Shown: positions 49,784-60,027, counted from the stretch's first letter. The stretch is DNA of 64,000 nucleotides from a virus (IMGVR_UViG_3300020442_002701:5090-69089), one strand, 5' to 3'. Notes: generated by a model from the sequence alone, not told the origin. Numbers and translations: made by a program.

Positions 49784-49844
49784 CTCTCTTATTCCTTCCT
49801 ACGAAACTTTATTTATTTTATTACATAATTATACAAAAGTCAAC

Positions 49845-52184
49845 CTAAATAGTACATGCTTCGCAATCTTCTTCATCAGCTGTGGCTTCGACTGTTTCAG
49901 GTGTTTCATCATGCCATCCTAATGAATGTTTTGGTTCTTCATACTCTATATCATCGTCAGTTTTATAATCATATGTATTCTGATAATAACTTGTTTTCCA
50001 ACCTAATTTATAGGTTGTAAGTAAATCTTTTAACATCACACTCATAGGTACTTCATTATTTTCAAAGTGTGTTGGATTATATGACCAATTGCCTGAAATA
50101 GCTTGGTCAAAGAATTTTTGCATCACTGCAACAGTATTAATATATCCGTCATTGTTAGGCATATCCCATAACAATGTGTAATAATTTTTTAACGCACTAT
50201 ACTGCGGAACAATCTGTTTAAGAGGCCCTTTTTTGGATTTCTTAACGGACAAATAACCTCTTGGTGGTTCGATTCCGTTTGTGGCGTTTGACACAACAGA
50301 ACTGCTCTCCGATGGCATCTGTGCGGACAACGTACTGTGCCGTAACCCGTGATCTCTAATGTCCTTACGAAGAGAAGCCCAATCATAGTGTAGTTTTTCC
50401 TTTACTATATCATCTAGTTCTTTTTTGTAAGTATCTATTGGTAAGATGCCTTCTGAATATTTAGTACGATTAAAATAGTCACATGCTCCTCTTTCTTTTG
50501 CAAGTTCATTACTTGCCTTTAGCAAGTAAAATTGAAATGCTTCTGAAAGTTGATGTGTTAATTTCCATGCTTCTTTGTCGCTGTATTTTGCTTTATGTTT
50601 TGCAAGGTAATGTGCAAGGCCAATGTAACCTATACCTAAACTTCTTCTTGCTTTTGTTGATTTCTCAGCCGCATCAATCGGATATCTTTGGTAATCAATA
50701 ATTTCTTCCAAAGAACGTACTGCTAAATCGCATAAGTCTTCTAAATCTTCTAAATCTTTAAGTAATCCTACATTAATTGCAGATAAAATACAAAGTGCAA
50801 TTTCTCCTTCACTATCGTCTATGTGTTCCAACGGCTTAGTGGGTAATGTAATCTCTTGGCACAAGTTGCTCATATAAACTTTGTCTTTGAATGAACTGTG
50901 ACTATTACAATGATCAACATTCATTATATAAATGCGGCCTGTTTCTGCACGTTCCTTAATTAATGCTGAAAACAAATCCATTGCTGGTATAGTTTTCTTT
51001 CTTATCGAATAAGCCCTTTCATATTTTTCATAAAGTTCTTGAAATTCTGCAGGGTCTCCAAAGTATGCATCATATAAGTCTGGTACATCATGCGGCGAGA
51101 AAAGAGTTATATCTTGATTAGATAACAACCTTTCATACATTGTTTTATTAAGTTGAATTGAATAATCTAATTTTCTTACACGATTATCTTCTGTACCTTT
51201 ATTATTTTTTAAAACTAAAATATCTTCGATTTCATAATGCCATATAGGGAAGTGGGTAGTTGCACTACCGCCACGTACTCCGTTTTGTGTACAACATCTT
51301 ACAGTCGCTTCGAATTTTTTCAGAAACGGAATGATACCAGTGTGTGCTACTTCCCCGCCCCTAATCTTTGAGTTGACTGCTCTGATTCTGCCAGCATTAA
51401 TGCCAATGCCTGCCCTTTGTGCAGTATAACGGCCAATGGCCATATCACTAGCAAAGATACTGTCCAAAGTGTCATTAGAATCAACCAGAACACAACTCGC
51501 AAACTGACGAACAGGGGTCCTGACTCCAGCCATGACAGGCGTTGGGATATTAATTTTAAAAAGTGAAGTCGCATCGTAATATCTCCTTACGTAATACATT
51601 CGATCTTCTTTAGGATAATTTGCAAATAGTGTAGCGGCTATCATCATATACATATATTGAGGAGTTTCAAATAGTTCTTCACTGCTACGATCTTGGCAAA
51701 GATATTTGTCCACCACTTGTCTTAAACCTGCATATGTAAAATTTTCATCTCTTTCATGTCTGATGTAAGAGTTAAGTTTTTCTAATTCGTCTGCTGTATA
51801 CTTTTTCTTAATTTCCGGATCATATACTCCACGTTCAATATTTAGATCTATAAGTTCAGATAATGGAAGAGTTGTAAAATCACCAAAAACTTCTTTGTAG
51901 ATGTTGTAAGCTAATAGTCTTGCCGCGGCGTATTGATAGTTTACAGAATCTAATGTAATTAAATCGTTTGCACTTCTAATTAACACTTCCTGTATCTCTG
52001 TGGTACTCATTCCATCATAGAATTGTAAATTTGCGTTCATTTCAATTTGTGAACTACTTACACCCGCTAAACCTTTACATGCATGTTCCACAACTACGTG
52101 GATTTTATCTATATTTAAATTCTCTTTGCTTCCATCTCGTTTAACGATCATAGTACCGTTTGACATATTATTTTTCCTCTTCAT
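49845..52184 (-). CDS. nrdA: Ribonucleotide reductase class Ia alpha subunit with ATP cone
   Basis: VKRDG, PTPVMAG, SNLCQEI, KTSYY, C-terminal CEAC; uninterrupted. Confidence 0.97.
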   Translation of the reverse strand: MKRKNNMSNGTMIVKRDGSKENLNIDKIHVVVEHACKGLAGVSSSQIEMNANLQFYDGMSTTEIQEVLIRSANDLITLDSVNYQYAAARLLAYNIYKEVFGDFTTLPLSELIDLNIERGVYDPEIKKKYTADELEKLNSYIRHERDENFTYAGLRQVVDKYLCQDRSSEELFETPQYMYMMIAATLFANYPKEDRMYYVRRYYDATSLFKINIPTPVMAGVRTPVRQFASCVLVDSNDTLDSIFASDMAIGRYTAQRAGIGINAGRIRAVNSKIRGGEVAHTGIIPFLKKFEATVRCCTQNGVRGGSATTHFPIWHYEIEDILVLKNNKGTEDNRVRKLDYSIQLNKTMYERLLSNQDITLFSPHDVPDLYDAYFGDPAEFQELYEKYERAYSIRKKTIPAMDLFSALIKERAETGRIYIMNVDHCNSHSSFKDKVYMSNLCQEITLPTKPLEHIDDSEGEIALCILSAINVGLLKDLEDLEDLCDLAVRSLEEIIDYQRYPIDAAEKSTKARRSLGIGYIGLAHYLAKHKAKYSDKEAWKLTHQLSEAFQFYLLKASNELAKERGACDYFNRTKYSEGILPIDTYKKELDDIVKEKLHYDWASLRKDIRDHGLRHSTLSAQMPSESSSVVSNATNGIEPPRGYLSVKKSKKGPLKQIVPQYSALKNYYTLLWDMPNNDGYINTVAVMQKFFDQAISGNWSYNPTHFENNEVPMSVMLKDLLTTYKLGWKTSYYQNTYDYKTDDDIEYEEPKHSLGWHDETPETVEATADEEDCEACTI

Positions 52185-52206
52185 ATATTATTAACTGTGA
52201 TATTTA

Positions 52207-52629
52207 TTATTGTAGCTCCGGCATCAAATAATTTTTTTCTATTATTACACTTTCTGGTAATTCATCAACATGTACATAATTATCATCTAATCCAATTATG
52301 CTTTTGTCTATTGAAAGTAGATACAACCTAGTGTTGCTTTCTATGTCTCTCGCTATAATTATCTCAAATTTACTATCCTTAAAACTTTCTGTTAACTGTA
52401 AAGTATAGCACATTCCAAGAACTTTGCAGAATATGCAATATTGGTTTTCATGTAATAACTCCCAAGGTCCAGGCCAAGTCTTGTTATTAAATGGATCTGT
52501 ATGTATGCTTACTGTTGGTGCTAACCTGTAGAATTGAACAACATCATTTATTGGTTTAGGTGAATCTTCTAGTGTTTCCCTAAATTCACGCCACTTAGAT
52601 AGTCTTCCTTCATAATTAAGGTTAAACAT
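52207..52629 (-). CDS. Hypothetical protein
   Basis: 140-aa ORF; WPGPWELL. Confidence 0.7.
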   Translation of the reverse strand: MFNLNYEGRLSKWREFRETLEDSPKPINDVVQFYRLAPTVSIHTDPFNNKTWPGPWELLHENQYCIFCKVLGMCYTLQLTESFKDSKFEIIIARDIESNTRLYLLSIDKSIIGLDDNYVHVDELPESVIIEKNYLMPELQ

Positions 52630-52642
52630 TTATCCACATGCG

Positions 52643-54298
52643 TTAAGTTTGAAAGTTCGTGACTTTGAAAGTCATTTTGGTTTGATCATCAGTTGGCATT
52701 GTGCTTGTGTAATTTATGTTAATAGTGTCGCTTACTGCATCTCCATCTTCATCTGTTTTTGTTACGTTAAACTTTATTGCCTCTAGATAAGTTTCATTTC
52801 CTGTAAAATGATACTCATCGTTAAATTCTATGTCACCGTCTGTGCTATTTACAGTAATATTTAATGTGCCGCTTCTAGTTGAAGAATAATTATTACTTGC
52901 CAACATGTAATCTATTTGAAATTTTTGATGTTTATATTGCGGAAGTCTAATTGCTTTTACGTTTGTGCCTCTACCAATGGTTATTACATGAGATTCTTTC
53001 CAGGACCACACTCCAGAATTTTCTACTTCTGGCCAATAAACCTTTCCTGTCATGTTCTCTGCTGTGTAAGATAATTCTTTTGTTCTTGCGAAGTGATCAT
53101 CTGTACTTGAATTACCATCTTCTACAAATTTAATGATTGCTGAGTTAGGATTGCCATCTGAAGAACCGTCATTGGCTACTAATTTAAAACAATTATTAGA
53201 ACTTGTATTGTATTTGCCTTTATGGACCCATATGCCGTGATAGTTAATATTTGTAAAATTAGAATGTAAGATAGAATTATTAACAGGGCCTGTAGACTGT
53301 CCTGTTGACGGAGCGCCTAAGACCATATCTATGCCAAACACAATTCCATAACCTAAGCTATCAAATTTACAACGTGTCCATATGTTATTGTTAATATCAT
53401 AATTACTCATCACACCGTAGGCAAAACCATGCACTTCAACTTGAGAAAAAACGTTTCCTGTTGATTCTACCGATCCGCTCAAACTATTAATTACAATACC
53501 AATATCACTAGCATAATCTGTTGGTATAGTATTGCCTGATTGCCAAGGTCCTACAATTTTAATATCTCGAAAAGTACTGTCTTTACAAGATTGTAATACA
53601 AGTCCTTGACTGCTTGCTTGTGTTGTTTCTAGAGTCAAACCTTCTAGTCTAATATTTCTTGCTTGGTTAATTAAAGACGAACCACTATCGTCACCTCTTG
53701 CTGATTTTCCTGACGTACCTGCAATCAATTGATTTTCAGTTTTAAATATGTCACCAGTAGTTGTCTTTTTAATAATAGTTTTATCAGCCCCTGCTCCTAC
53801 AATCGTTGTGTAAGGAGGTATATAAACTGTGTTGTTTAAACTGTATACACCAGGTTCTAAATGTAAAACAACTCTGCTTTGGCTTGTGCCTAAAGAAGAT
53901 GAATTCAAATAAAGCTGATCTATTGCATTTTGTAATTTTACTGTAGCATCTGCACCTTCTATGCCAGTTAACCCAAATGCTCTAGCTGATACTCGATCAT
54001 CAAGTCTTTCTTGTAAAGTTCTTCTTACAGGATTAGTTGCTGAGTCTCCGGTTACAACATATGGATCATTAACACGATATGCATATGTGTCTATTAAAGT
54101 AAAAAGATTATCATGTTCAGTTAAAATTTTAGTATTGCCAACTCTAGGTGCACCTTCAGATACGGCACCGTTACCAACATAAAGTTCTTGTGTATCAATA
54201 GCCCAACCTAGTTCTCCACTAGATAATTGTGGTAGTCCAGAACCTTGGTTCTTTTGACCTCTTCTAATTTGTATTTTTGATATTTGTACGACTGCCAC
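52643..54298 (-). CDS. Virion structural protein with beta-helix domain
   Basis: IQIRRG..GELGWAIDTQELYVGNG N-terminus; AFG..DATVKLQNAID..PGVY pectate-lyase-like start. Confidence 0.75.
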   Translation of the reverse strand: MAVVQISKIQIRRGQKNQGSGLPQLSSGELGWAIDTQELYVGNGAVSEGAPRVGNTKILTEHDNLFTLIDTYAYRVNDPYVVTGDSATNPVRRTLQERLDDRVSARAFGLTGIEGADATVKLQNAIDQLYLNSSSLGTSQSRVVLHLEPGVYSLNNTVYIPPYTTIVGAGADKTIIKKTTTGDIFKTENQLIAGTSGKSARGDDSGSSLINQARNIRLEGLTLETTQASSQGLVLQSCKDSTFRDIKIVGPWQSGNTIPTDYASDIGIVINSLSGSVESTGNVFSQVEVHGFAYGVMSNYDINNNIWTRCKFDSLGYGIVFGIDMVLGAPSTGQSTGPVNNSILHSNFTNINYHGIWVHKGKYNTSSNNCFKLVANDGSSDGNPNSAIIKFVEDGNSSTDDHFARTKELSYTAENMTGKVYWPEVENSGVWSWKESHVITIGRGTNVKAIRLPQYKHQKFQIDYMLASNNYSSTRSGTLNITVNSTDGDIEFNDEYHFTGNETYLEAIKFNVTKTDEDGDAVSDTININYTSTMPTDDQTKMTFKVTNFQT

Positions 54299-54322
54299 TG
54301 AGTTCTCCTTAATTTAATATAT

Positions 54323-55009
54323 TTATGCGAACTTGTCGTAATACTCATAAACCCTGTCCCACCATTTAGACTCCCATTCAGCAAAGTCGTTGGGCCATAA
54401 GTCAAATTGTTGGTATTGTAGGTCTCTACTACACATGAATATATGACCTTCTTTTATGTCTGTGCCATATAATTCATTGTGTGCTAATGCATATGCAGTT
54501 AATTGCAAATAATAGTCGTCTACCCATTCTTTTTTCTTAGGTTTATTTGTTTGTTTAAAGTCCATAATTGCCGGTACATCATCATATGTTCCAACTAAAT
54601 CTGTTGTTCCTGCATATATTTTAGGGTGATATAACTGTACTTCACTGCCCCAAATTTCAGTCACATGACTATCCAAAACATTCTCTCTAATTTGAGATGC
54701 CATTTTATGAGCCTGTTGTGCATAAGGATTACTTCCTGGTGTCGGCCAGTTAGGCCAATCAGCAATATAGTCCTCTAGATACTTGTGCATACGTGTACCA
54801 ACACCTGATGCTTCGGTAGTAATTTCTTTAGCTTTTATTTCGCCTACACGTTTACGCCATGCAATTAGATGTGTTTTATCTTTTGTAGCATCTAAAATAG
54901 TTGTTACACTTGCGACAGCATTACCATCAGGACATGCATATAAGCGTCTGCCCTCCACACTTTTCTTTTTGATTTCTTTGTAATCGTACTTCTCTGTAAT
55001 TAAAGTCAT
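54323..55009 (-). CDS. PD-(D/E)XK exonuclease
   Basis: SVTTIL, GTRMH, YAGTTD, DFKQT, QLTAYA. Confidence 0.88.
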   Translation of the reverse strand: MTLITEKYDYKEIKKKSVEGRRLYACPDGNAVASVTTILDATKDKTHLIAWRKRVGEIKAKEITTEASGVGTRMHKYLEDYIADWPNWPTPGSNPYAQQAHKMASQIRENVLDSHVTEIWGSEVQLYHPKIYAGTTDLVGTYDDVPAIMDFKQTNKPKKKEWVDDYYLQLTAYALAHNELYGTDIKEGHIFMCSRDLQYQQFDLWPNDFAEWESKWWDRVYEYYDKFA

Positions 55010-55353
55010 TATGATTGTTCTTCATCTTTTTTAATCTGTGCTTCCCTGTCATAGTAATTCATTTCACTATAGTGCGGGCTTGTATAATATGGCGATACAG
55101 TTGAATTTGGATCATCTTCAGCAGTGATTGTATGGACTTCTGGTACATAATGTTTGACCATATTCTCAACACCCATTTTTAATGTTATTGTGCTACTTGC
55201 ACAACCACTACATGCTCCGCCAAGAATAAGTTTTAAATGTCCGTCATCATAATCTACAAAATCAATTACACCACCGTGACCAGCTACAGCAGGTTTAATA
55301 TTCTCTTCTATTAAATGTTTGATTTGCTCGATGATTTCTTCGTTTGAACGCAT
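55009..55353 (-). CDS. NifU/NfuA C-terminal domain protein
   Basis: IKPAVAGHGG, GACSGCASSTITLKMGVE. Confidence 0.92.
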   Translation of the reverse strand: MRSNEEIIEQIKHLIEENIKPAVAGHGGVIDFVDYDDGHLKLILGGACSGCASSTITLKMGVENMVKHYVPEVHTITAEDDPNSTVSPYYTSPHYSEMNYYDREAQIKKDEEQS

Positions 55354-55409
55354 TTTATTTCCTTATTCCGTTATTGTACGATATAAGATAACAAAAGTCA
55401 AGTTCTATT

Positions 55410-55820
55410 TTATAATTTGGCGCCAACGTCCGTAGCTGACTTAGCCATTTGTGAAACTGTCTTGTCGCCTTGATCAGTATCAGCTTGGTTGGTTCCTTTT
55501 GCAGGCTTCTTAGTTTTTGGTTCAATACCTTTTTCACTAAAGTTTGCTGTCATAGTCTTGACCCTAGGATCTGTATCGTATGCAGCCTTAAATGTACCAT
55601 AATCAAACATTTCTCCGCCAATATTCTGCATCAACTTGTTAATGTCTAATACTTTAGCACCTGGATGACTTTTTGCTATTTCATCTCTAGCCGCTTTATC
55701 TGGTTTTTCAAATGGAAGATATACTGATGTGCCGCTTGAATCAGCACTACCAATTATTGTTCTTAATAACTGTACTAATTTTGAGGGTTGGCCGTCTTCA
55801 CCGGCCTCTAGAACTTTTTT
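55410..55820 (-). other. Candidate programmed -1 frameshift and 134-aa extension of the 55808-56938 gene
   Basis: A_AAA_AAG (55820-55814), 7-nt spacer, GGCCG-GTGAAGA-CGGCC hairpin; -1 frame open to 55410. Confidence 0.72.
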
Positions 55821-56938
55821 TTTGAACCAGCCAAAATCTGTCCAAGCCGTCTTGACATTTCAATTGATTCTCGTTTAGCTCTGCCTGCTTCTTCTTCTCC
55901 ACCTACGCCTGCTTCTGCGGCAGCAAATTCATCATCTTGATCTACTGTCGGTTCCATTTCAGTATCTACTGCTGGAGCGTCTGGATCTGGCTCTGCACCC
56001 ATTTCGGCTTCTGGTGCTTCACCTTCTCCTGTGAGCATGCCAACACCTTGTGTTAGTGCGGCTCTTGTTGTTTCCATTGCGGCATACATAGATTCAAGTG
56101 CAGGTTTGACTGTTTGCACAAATGCATCTGATTGCTGTACACCCATTTCATCGCGGATAGCATCTGCTAATTCTAGCATTGATTCAGTTTGCATTTCTGC
56201 TGTGTCTTCCATCCAACTGGTTACTCTATCTACCATGTCTTTTGAAGCCATAACTAATTCTGCTTCGTCTTCCTTGCCTTCTTTTACTTTTTTCTTTTTA
56301 GCAATAGCTTGTTGCAATCCTTTTGGTAATTTTTTCTGTTTTGCTGATAGACCTTTTGAACCATCTTTTTTATCATCGCCACCTTTTTCTTTCTTATCTT
56401 GTGCGGCTTTTGTCATAGGTTCTGTTTCGTTTCCATCGTTGTCGATATCAGCAAAGTCTGGCTTTGCACCTTCGTCCATTTTTTTATCTCTAATGCATCT
56501 TTTACCATCCGAAGATAGAGTATATCCATTTGGACATTTTCCATCTTTTGGCACTGGTGAAATACCTTCGTTAGTTTTCTTGCCACCTTGTGATGGAGAT
56601 GATGTAGCATGTGATCCTTTTTTCTGCATTTTTTTAGAATCCTTATCAGCTTCTTTTTCATCATCCTTACTGAATTCTGCAATGTTCTCTCTTTCAGATA
56701 TTTCAGCATTTAAAATATCAAGCATTAGTTTTGATTTTTGATATTTGTCATTCTTATGTACATCATCGAAACTTTCTGTAGTTTCAATAGAGGAAAGCTG
56801 TGTTCTTAGTTTGTTACGGGCATCATCTAGTTGCTCGTTAGTATAGTTTTGAACGTTAAGTTTCTTTCCAAATCTCTTAGCCAAAGTTTCATTTAAACTT
56901 TCAACTGTTATCGGCTTTGTTATTTCTTTCAAATTCAT
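55808..56938 (-). CDS. Acidic probable prohead core/internal protein
   Basis: MNLKEI leader, DIDNDGNETE EF-hand-like motif, acidic C-terminus; TAAATA upstream. Confidence 0.6.
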   Translation of the reverse strand: MNLKEITKPITVESLNETLAKRFGKKLNVQNYTNEQLDDARNKLRTQLSSIETTESFDDVHKNDKYQKSKLMLDILNAEISERENIAEFSKDDEKEADKDSKKMQKKGSHATSSPSQGGKKTNEGISPVPKDGKCPNGYTLSSDGKRCIRDKKMDEGAKPDFADIDNDGNETEPMTKAAQDKKEKGGDDKKDGSKGLSAKQKKLPKGLQQAIAKKKKVKEGKEDEAELVMASKDMVDRVTSWMEDTAEMQTESMLELADAIRDEMGVQQSDAFVQTVKPALESMYAAMETTRAALTQGVGMLTGEGEAPEAEMGAEPDPDAPAVDTEMEPTVDQDDEFAAAEAGVGGEEEAGRAKRESIEMSRRLGQILAGSKKKF

Positions 56939-56977
56939 AGTAACTTTCCTTAATGGACTTATATTATTTACATTTAT

Positions 56978-57412
56978 TTATCTAAAGATATGTGATTCCA
57001 GTGCTTGAGTGGCATTCTCTACCTTATATTTTGCTATATCGTAACGGTCATACGTACATGCACGTTTTAATTCATCACTAGTGTTCTTTATAGTATGTGA
57101 ATAAAATATACAATCTATATAGTTTTTTTGTAATAATTGGTCTAATTTGATAATTTCATGATGATCAGTATTGTCATTTTTGGCTAATTTTTTAGCTAAT
57201 GCAATGGCTGCAGTTTGGGAAAAGCATTGGTGTATAATTTTATTTGTGCTACAGTCAATAATAATATACGCACTTTTTTTCTTGCGTATGGCATATCCGC
57301 CAATACGGATGCTGTTGCCTTTTTTATAAGGAAAATCAGCAATGTCTATACTTCTGTTTATTAAATCAGAAAGTTCTTCTATTATTTGATTATTACTAGG
57401 TACCTTCCCCAT
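56978..57412 (-). CDS. Hypothetical protein
   Basis: Coupled ORF. Confidence 0.7.
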   Translation of the reverse strand: MGKVPSNNQIIEELSDLINRSIDIADFPYKKGNSIRIGGYAIRKKKSAYIIIDCSTNKIIHQCFSQTAAIALAKKLAKNDNTDHHEIIKLDQLLQKNYIDCIFYSHTIKNTSDELKRACTYDRYDIAKYKVENATQALESHIFR

Positions 57413-57599
57413 TTTTAACCACCATTACAGTTGAGCCCATTTTAAATTTACTTACCAGACTTTTTCGAACTAATTGTTCTATAATGACTTGCTGTCTTTC
57501 TGTAAATCCTTCATATGGACTTGCTTTATCTATTTCGTTCAAAACTGCTTGTTCTTCGTTCGTTGTATAAGTGTTTTGAAGTAAATCTGAAATTTTCAT
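57396..57599 (-). CDS. Small hypothetical protein
   Basis: Coupled ORF. Confidence 0.65.
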   Translation of the reverse strand: MKISDLLQNTYTTNEEQAVLNEIDKASPYEGFTERQQVIIEQLVRKSLVSKFKMGSTVMVVKNGEGT

Positions 57600-57943
57600 T
57601 ATACTGTACCAGTGGTCCCTGTTGTGCCCTGGGGTTCTTTTTGTTTATTCATAGAATCCTTTTTCATTTTTTCAGCCGCTTTGGCTTGCTGATCCATTGT
57701 GGTCTTCAGCTTGTTAGGATCTTTTAATAAATTTTGATCAGCAGGTGTTTGGCCCGGCTCTAAAGCCTTGCCCGGCTCTGCTATTCCTATGTTGCCGTCT
57801 TTATCTTTAAAGACTGTGCCAGTGGATTTATTTCCTTGGTCTGTATCTATATCTGAAACAGAACCATCTGGCATTACTGCTTGTGCAATAGTTTTAGTTT
57901 GTATGGTAGGCATTACATTTTCTGTTATTTCTTTTATTTTCAT
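57599..57943 (-). CDS. Hypothetical late protein
   Basis: MKIKEITE leader; GGAGG RBS. Confidence 0.68.
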   Translation of the reverse strand: MKIKEITENVMPTIQTKTIAQAVMPDGSVSDIDTDQGNKSTGTVFKDKDGNIGIAEPGKALEPGQTPADQNLLKDPNKLKTTMDQQAKAAEKMKKDSMNKQKEPQGTTGTTGTV

Positions 57944-58398
57944 TATATTCTACCTCCACGTCTTTTGTTTGTTGGTCGGTTAATAACTTGTAAGCGACGA
58001 GATCTAACATTTTGTGCTCTTGTTTTAATACCAGTCATTTTAACTTTCCCTTGTTTAGAAGCTTTTGTTTTTTTCAGTGTTTGTCCTTTAGAAACATCAA
58101 GTGGTTTATTGCAAGATGCCGGTGAAGCCATTACTCTTCCTTTACGTACTCCGCTTGTGCATCTATACTTCCTCACTTGCTTGCCGCCTTGTCTAGACCA
58201 AACTAACCCTTCTTTCATATTTTCGTTATAATATTTTAAAAACTCTTCATGCCTTTTATGCATTGCCGCAATGTCAGGATTTTTTAGATATAACTTTAAC
58301 CAACCCTTAAATTCAGGACTGTCTTTTAACTCCTTTTCACTTTTGAAGATATCAAATATGCCTTCATTGGTGTTTTCTGTTATTTGTCTAAGTAACAA
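57943..58398 (-). CDS. Basic late protein, paralog of next gene
   Basis: EGLVWSR..VRKYRC.SG.R.GRV...C. Confidence 0.7.
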   Translation of the reverse strand: MLLRQITENTNEGIFDIFKSEKELKDSPEFKGWLKLYLKNPDIAAMHKRHEEFLKYYNENMKEGLVWSRQGGKQVRKYRCTSGVRKGRVMASPASCNKPLDVSKGQTLKKTKASKQGKVKMTGIKTRAQNVRSRRLQVINRPTNKRRGGRI

Positions 58399-58695
58399 TT
58401 ACTTTCTCCTACGAGTTGACTTATTCATAGCCTGAACTCTTCTACTTGCGGGATTGGTTCTTTTTGTCCTTTTTGTTTTCCTAATAAGCCTTTTACCTAA
58501 ACGTGCTTTCATACGTTTGATATTTGCTCTCTTTTTAGGATCAATCCTAGCATAACATTGTCCTGGAACTGAAACTATACGGCCATGCCTGACACCGCCC
58601 ACGCATCTATATTTGCGGACTACGTCTTTACCTTTTCTAGCCCAGGTAAGACCTTCATCGATTTCGTCGTTAGATGTGATCTCTCTTAGTAGCAT
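58399..58695 (-). CDS. Basic late protein
   Basis: EGLTWAR..VRKYRC.GG.R.GRI...C; AATAAATA upstream. Confidence 0.72.
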   Translation of the reverse strand: MLLREITSNDEIDEGLTWARKGKDVVRKYRCVGGVRHGRIVSVPGQCYARIDPKKRANIKRMKARLGKRLIRKTKRTKRTNPASRRVQAMNKSTRRRK

Positions 58696-58746
58696 GTACT
58701 TATTTATTAATTTTTTGGAGTGTATATTGTATCTTGGAGGGGACTA

Positions 58747-58980
58747 TTAGCTTGGAAAGTTATTTATTACAACTATAATTGTAGATAATAACCCTGTAAT
58801 AATAGTCGCTGTTGCACCAAACATCACCTTAATCATTGTTTTATTACCGTGTGTAATATCATGATGAATGTGTTCAACTTTCTCTTCGATCTTAGTCAAA
58901 CGATTATCAAGCTGCTCATATCTTTCTTGACATAAGTCAACGTGTGCTTCTAGATTCTTTTTTTCGAGGGCAGTTGCCAT
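58747..58980 (-). CDS. Coiled-coil protein with C-terminal TM (XhlA/holin-like)
   Basis: CQERYEQLDNRLTKIEEKV then hydrophobic tail. Confidence 0.6.
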   Translation of the reverse strand: MATALEKKNLEAHVDLCQERYEQLDNRLTKIEEKVEHIHHDITHGNKTMIKVMFGATATIITGLLSTIIVVINNFPS

Positions 58981-59115
58981 TTTATAATTATTCCTTATAT
59001 ATTAAGTAAACTCGCAGTTGGCCTTAAGTGTGTATTATAAAATAGCCTAGTTGAAGTTAGTTCTTCTTCAACAATAGTATTTATTCCGGATTTATTAAAA
59101 CATAATATATTCATA

Positions 59116-59508
59116 TTATTCATCACTTATTTCAAATATTATATTTTTATGTTTTTTATCCTTGGTTCTAAATACACTATTTTGAAATTTTACAGTTTCT
59201 TCTAGTCCAGATAGCACAGGCACTAAATCAAAATCCTGTTGTAGCAGGTCCAAATTAACGCCAGCTTCTGTTTCAAAATTAAACTTGAAAGTCCAATAGT
59301 TTTGTTTACCTGTAAACGATGTGCCAAACCCTAGCCCGTCCAATTCGGAATTCTTTGTTTTAAGTGAAATTGGATTTGGATTAATCCTTAGTCCTGCGGT
59401 TTGTAACATTGTCATGTAATTTGCTTGTTGACTTAACTTAAACTTGTCGTCGCCTCTGCGGGCTTTAGTTTCAGTTATATCCACTAGAGTTGTTAAAATT
59501 ACGTTCAT
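59116..59508 (-). CDS. Hypothetical late protein
   Basis: ORF right after TAAATA. Confidence 0.7.
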   Translation of the reverse strand: MNVILTTLVDITETKARRGDDKFKLSQQANYMTMLQTAGLRINPNPISLKTKNSELDGLGFGTSFTGKQNYWTFKFNFETEAGVNLDLLQQDFDLVPVLSGLEETVKFQNSVFRTKDKKHKNIIFEISDE

Positions 59509-59524
59509 ACTGTATTTACAGTAT

Positions 59525-59556
59525 AAAAAAAGAGCTCACAATAAATGTGAGCTCTT
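59525..59556 (-). terminator. Intrinsic terminator
   Basis: AAGAGCTCACA-TTTAT-TGTGAGCTC then T7. Confidence 0.85.
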
Positions 59557-59586
59557 AGTTTTTAACAATCTAACTATTAAGTTAAA

Positions 59587-59931
59587 TTACGCTACTACGA
59601 ATGTAGTTGCAGCTGTTACAGTTGCACCTGACATATCATAATCGTTAGGTCCTGCTGTAGAACCTAATTCTCTAAGTCTGCCCTGTAAAGAAGCAGCTGT
59701 TACGCTGTGTCCGTCACATACAACAGAAAGTTGACCGCTGTTGTCGTTAACAAAGCAGTATGCTAAAGGCTGAACTACTGAAAGAATTAATTCGCAAGCT
59801 TCGTTAGCTGCGTCGTCTTCTGCACGTAGGTCACCGCCTGCGTCGATTACAAATAATGCAATTTGTGATGTTGATACGGTATTTCCTGCAATTACTGGTG
59901 GAATACCATTTACTCTTGTTACTGATGCCAT
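59587..59931 (-). CDS. Small probable virion (head decoration-like) protein
   Basis: Own TATAAATA promoter, AAGGAG RBS, own terminator, Ala/Val/Thr-rich. Confidence 0.6.
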   Translation of the reverse strand: MASVTRVNGIPPVIAGNTVSTSQIALFVIDAGGDLRAEDDAANEACELILSVVQPLAYCFVNDNSGQLSVVCDGHSVTAASLQGRLRELGSTAGPNDYDMSGATVTAATTFVVA

Positions 59932-59958
59932 TTTTTTCTCCTTGTTTCTCTTAAATGG

Positions 59959-59998
59959 ACAATCTCACGCTCAGTGAGTATTGTTAATAGTATTTATA
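59959..59998 (-). promoter_or_regulatory. Late promoter and 5' leader hairpin
   Basis: TATAAATA (59998-59991) then ACAATACTCAC-TGAGC-GTGAGATTGT. Confidence 0.7.
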
Positions 59999-60027
59999 CA
60001 ATTGGAAAAAAATAGGTGGATAAGAGC

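Noticed and set aside
48680-52184. Introns or inteins in nrdA/nrdB
   Set aside because: Both are continuous and of normal length
54323-55009. Cas4 call
   Set aside because: No Fe-S cysteine set and no CRISPR context; ordinary phage exonuclease
56031-56741. Long plus-strand ORFs (also 12306, 17779, 30932, 42121)
   Set aside because: Antisense shadows of minus-strand genes with no recognisable motifs
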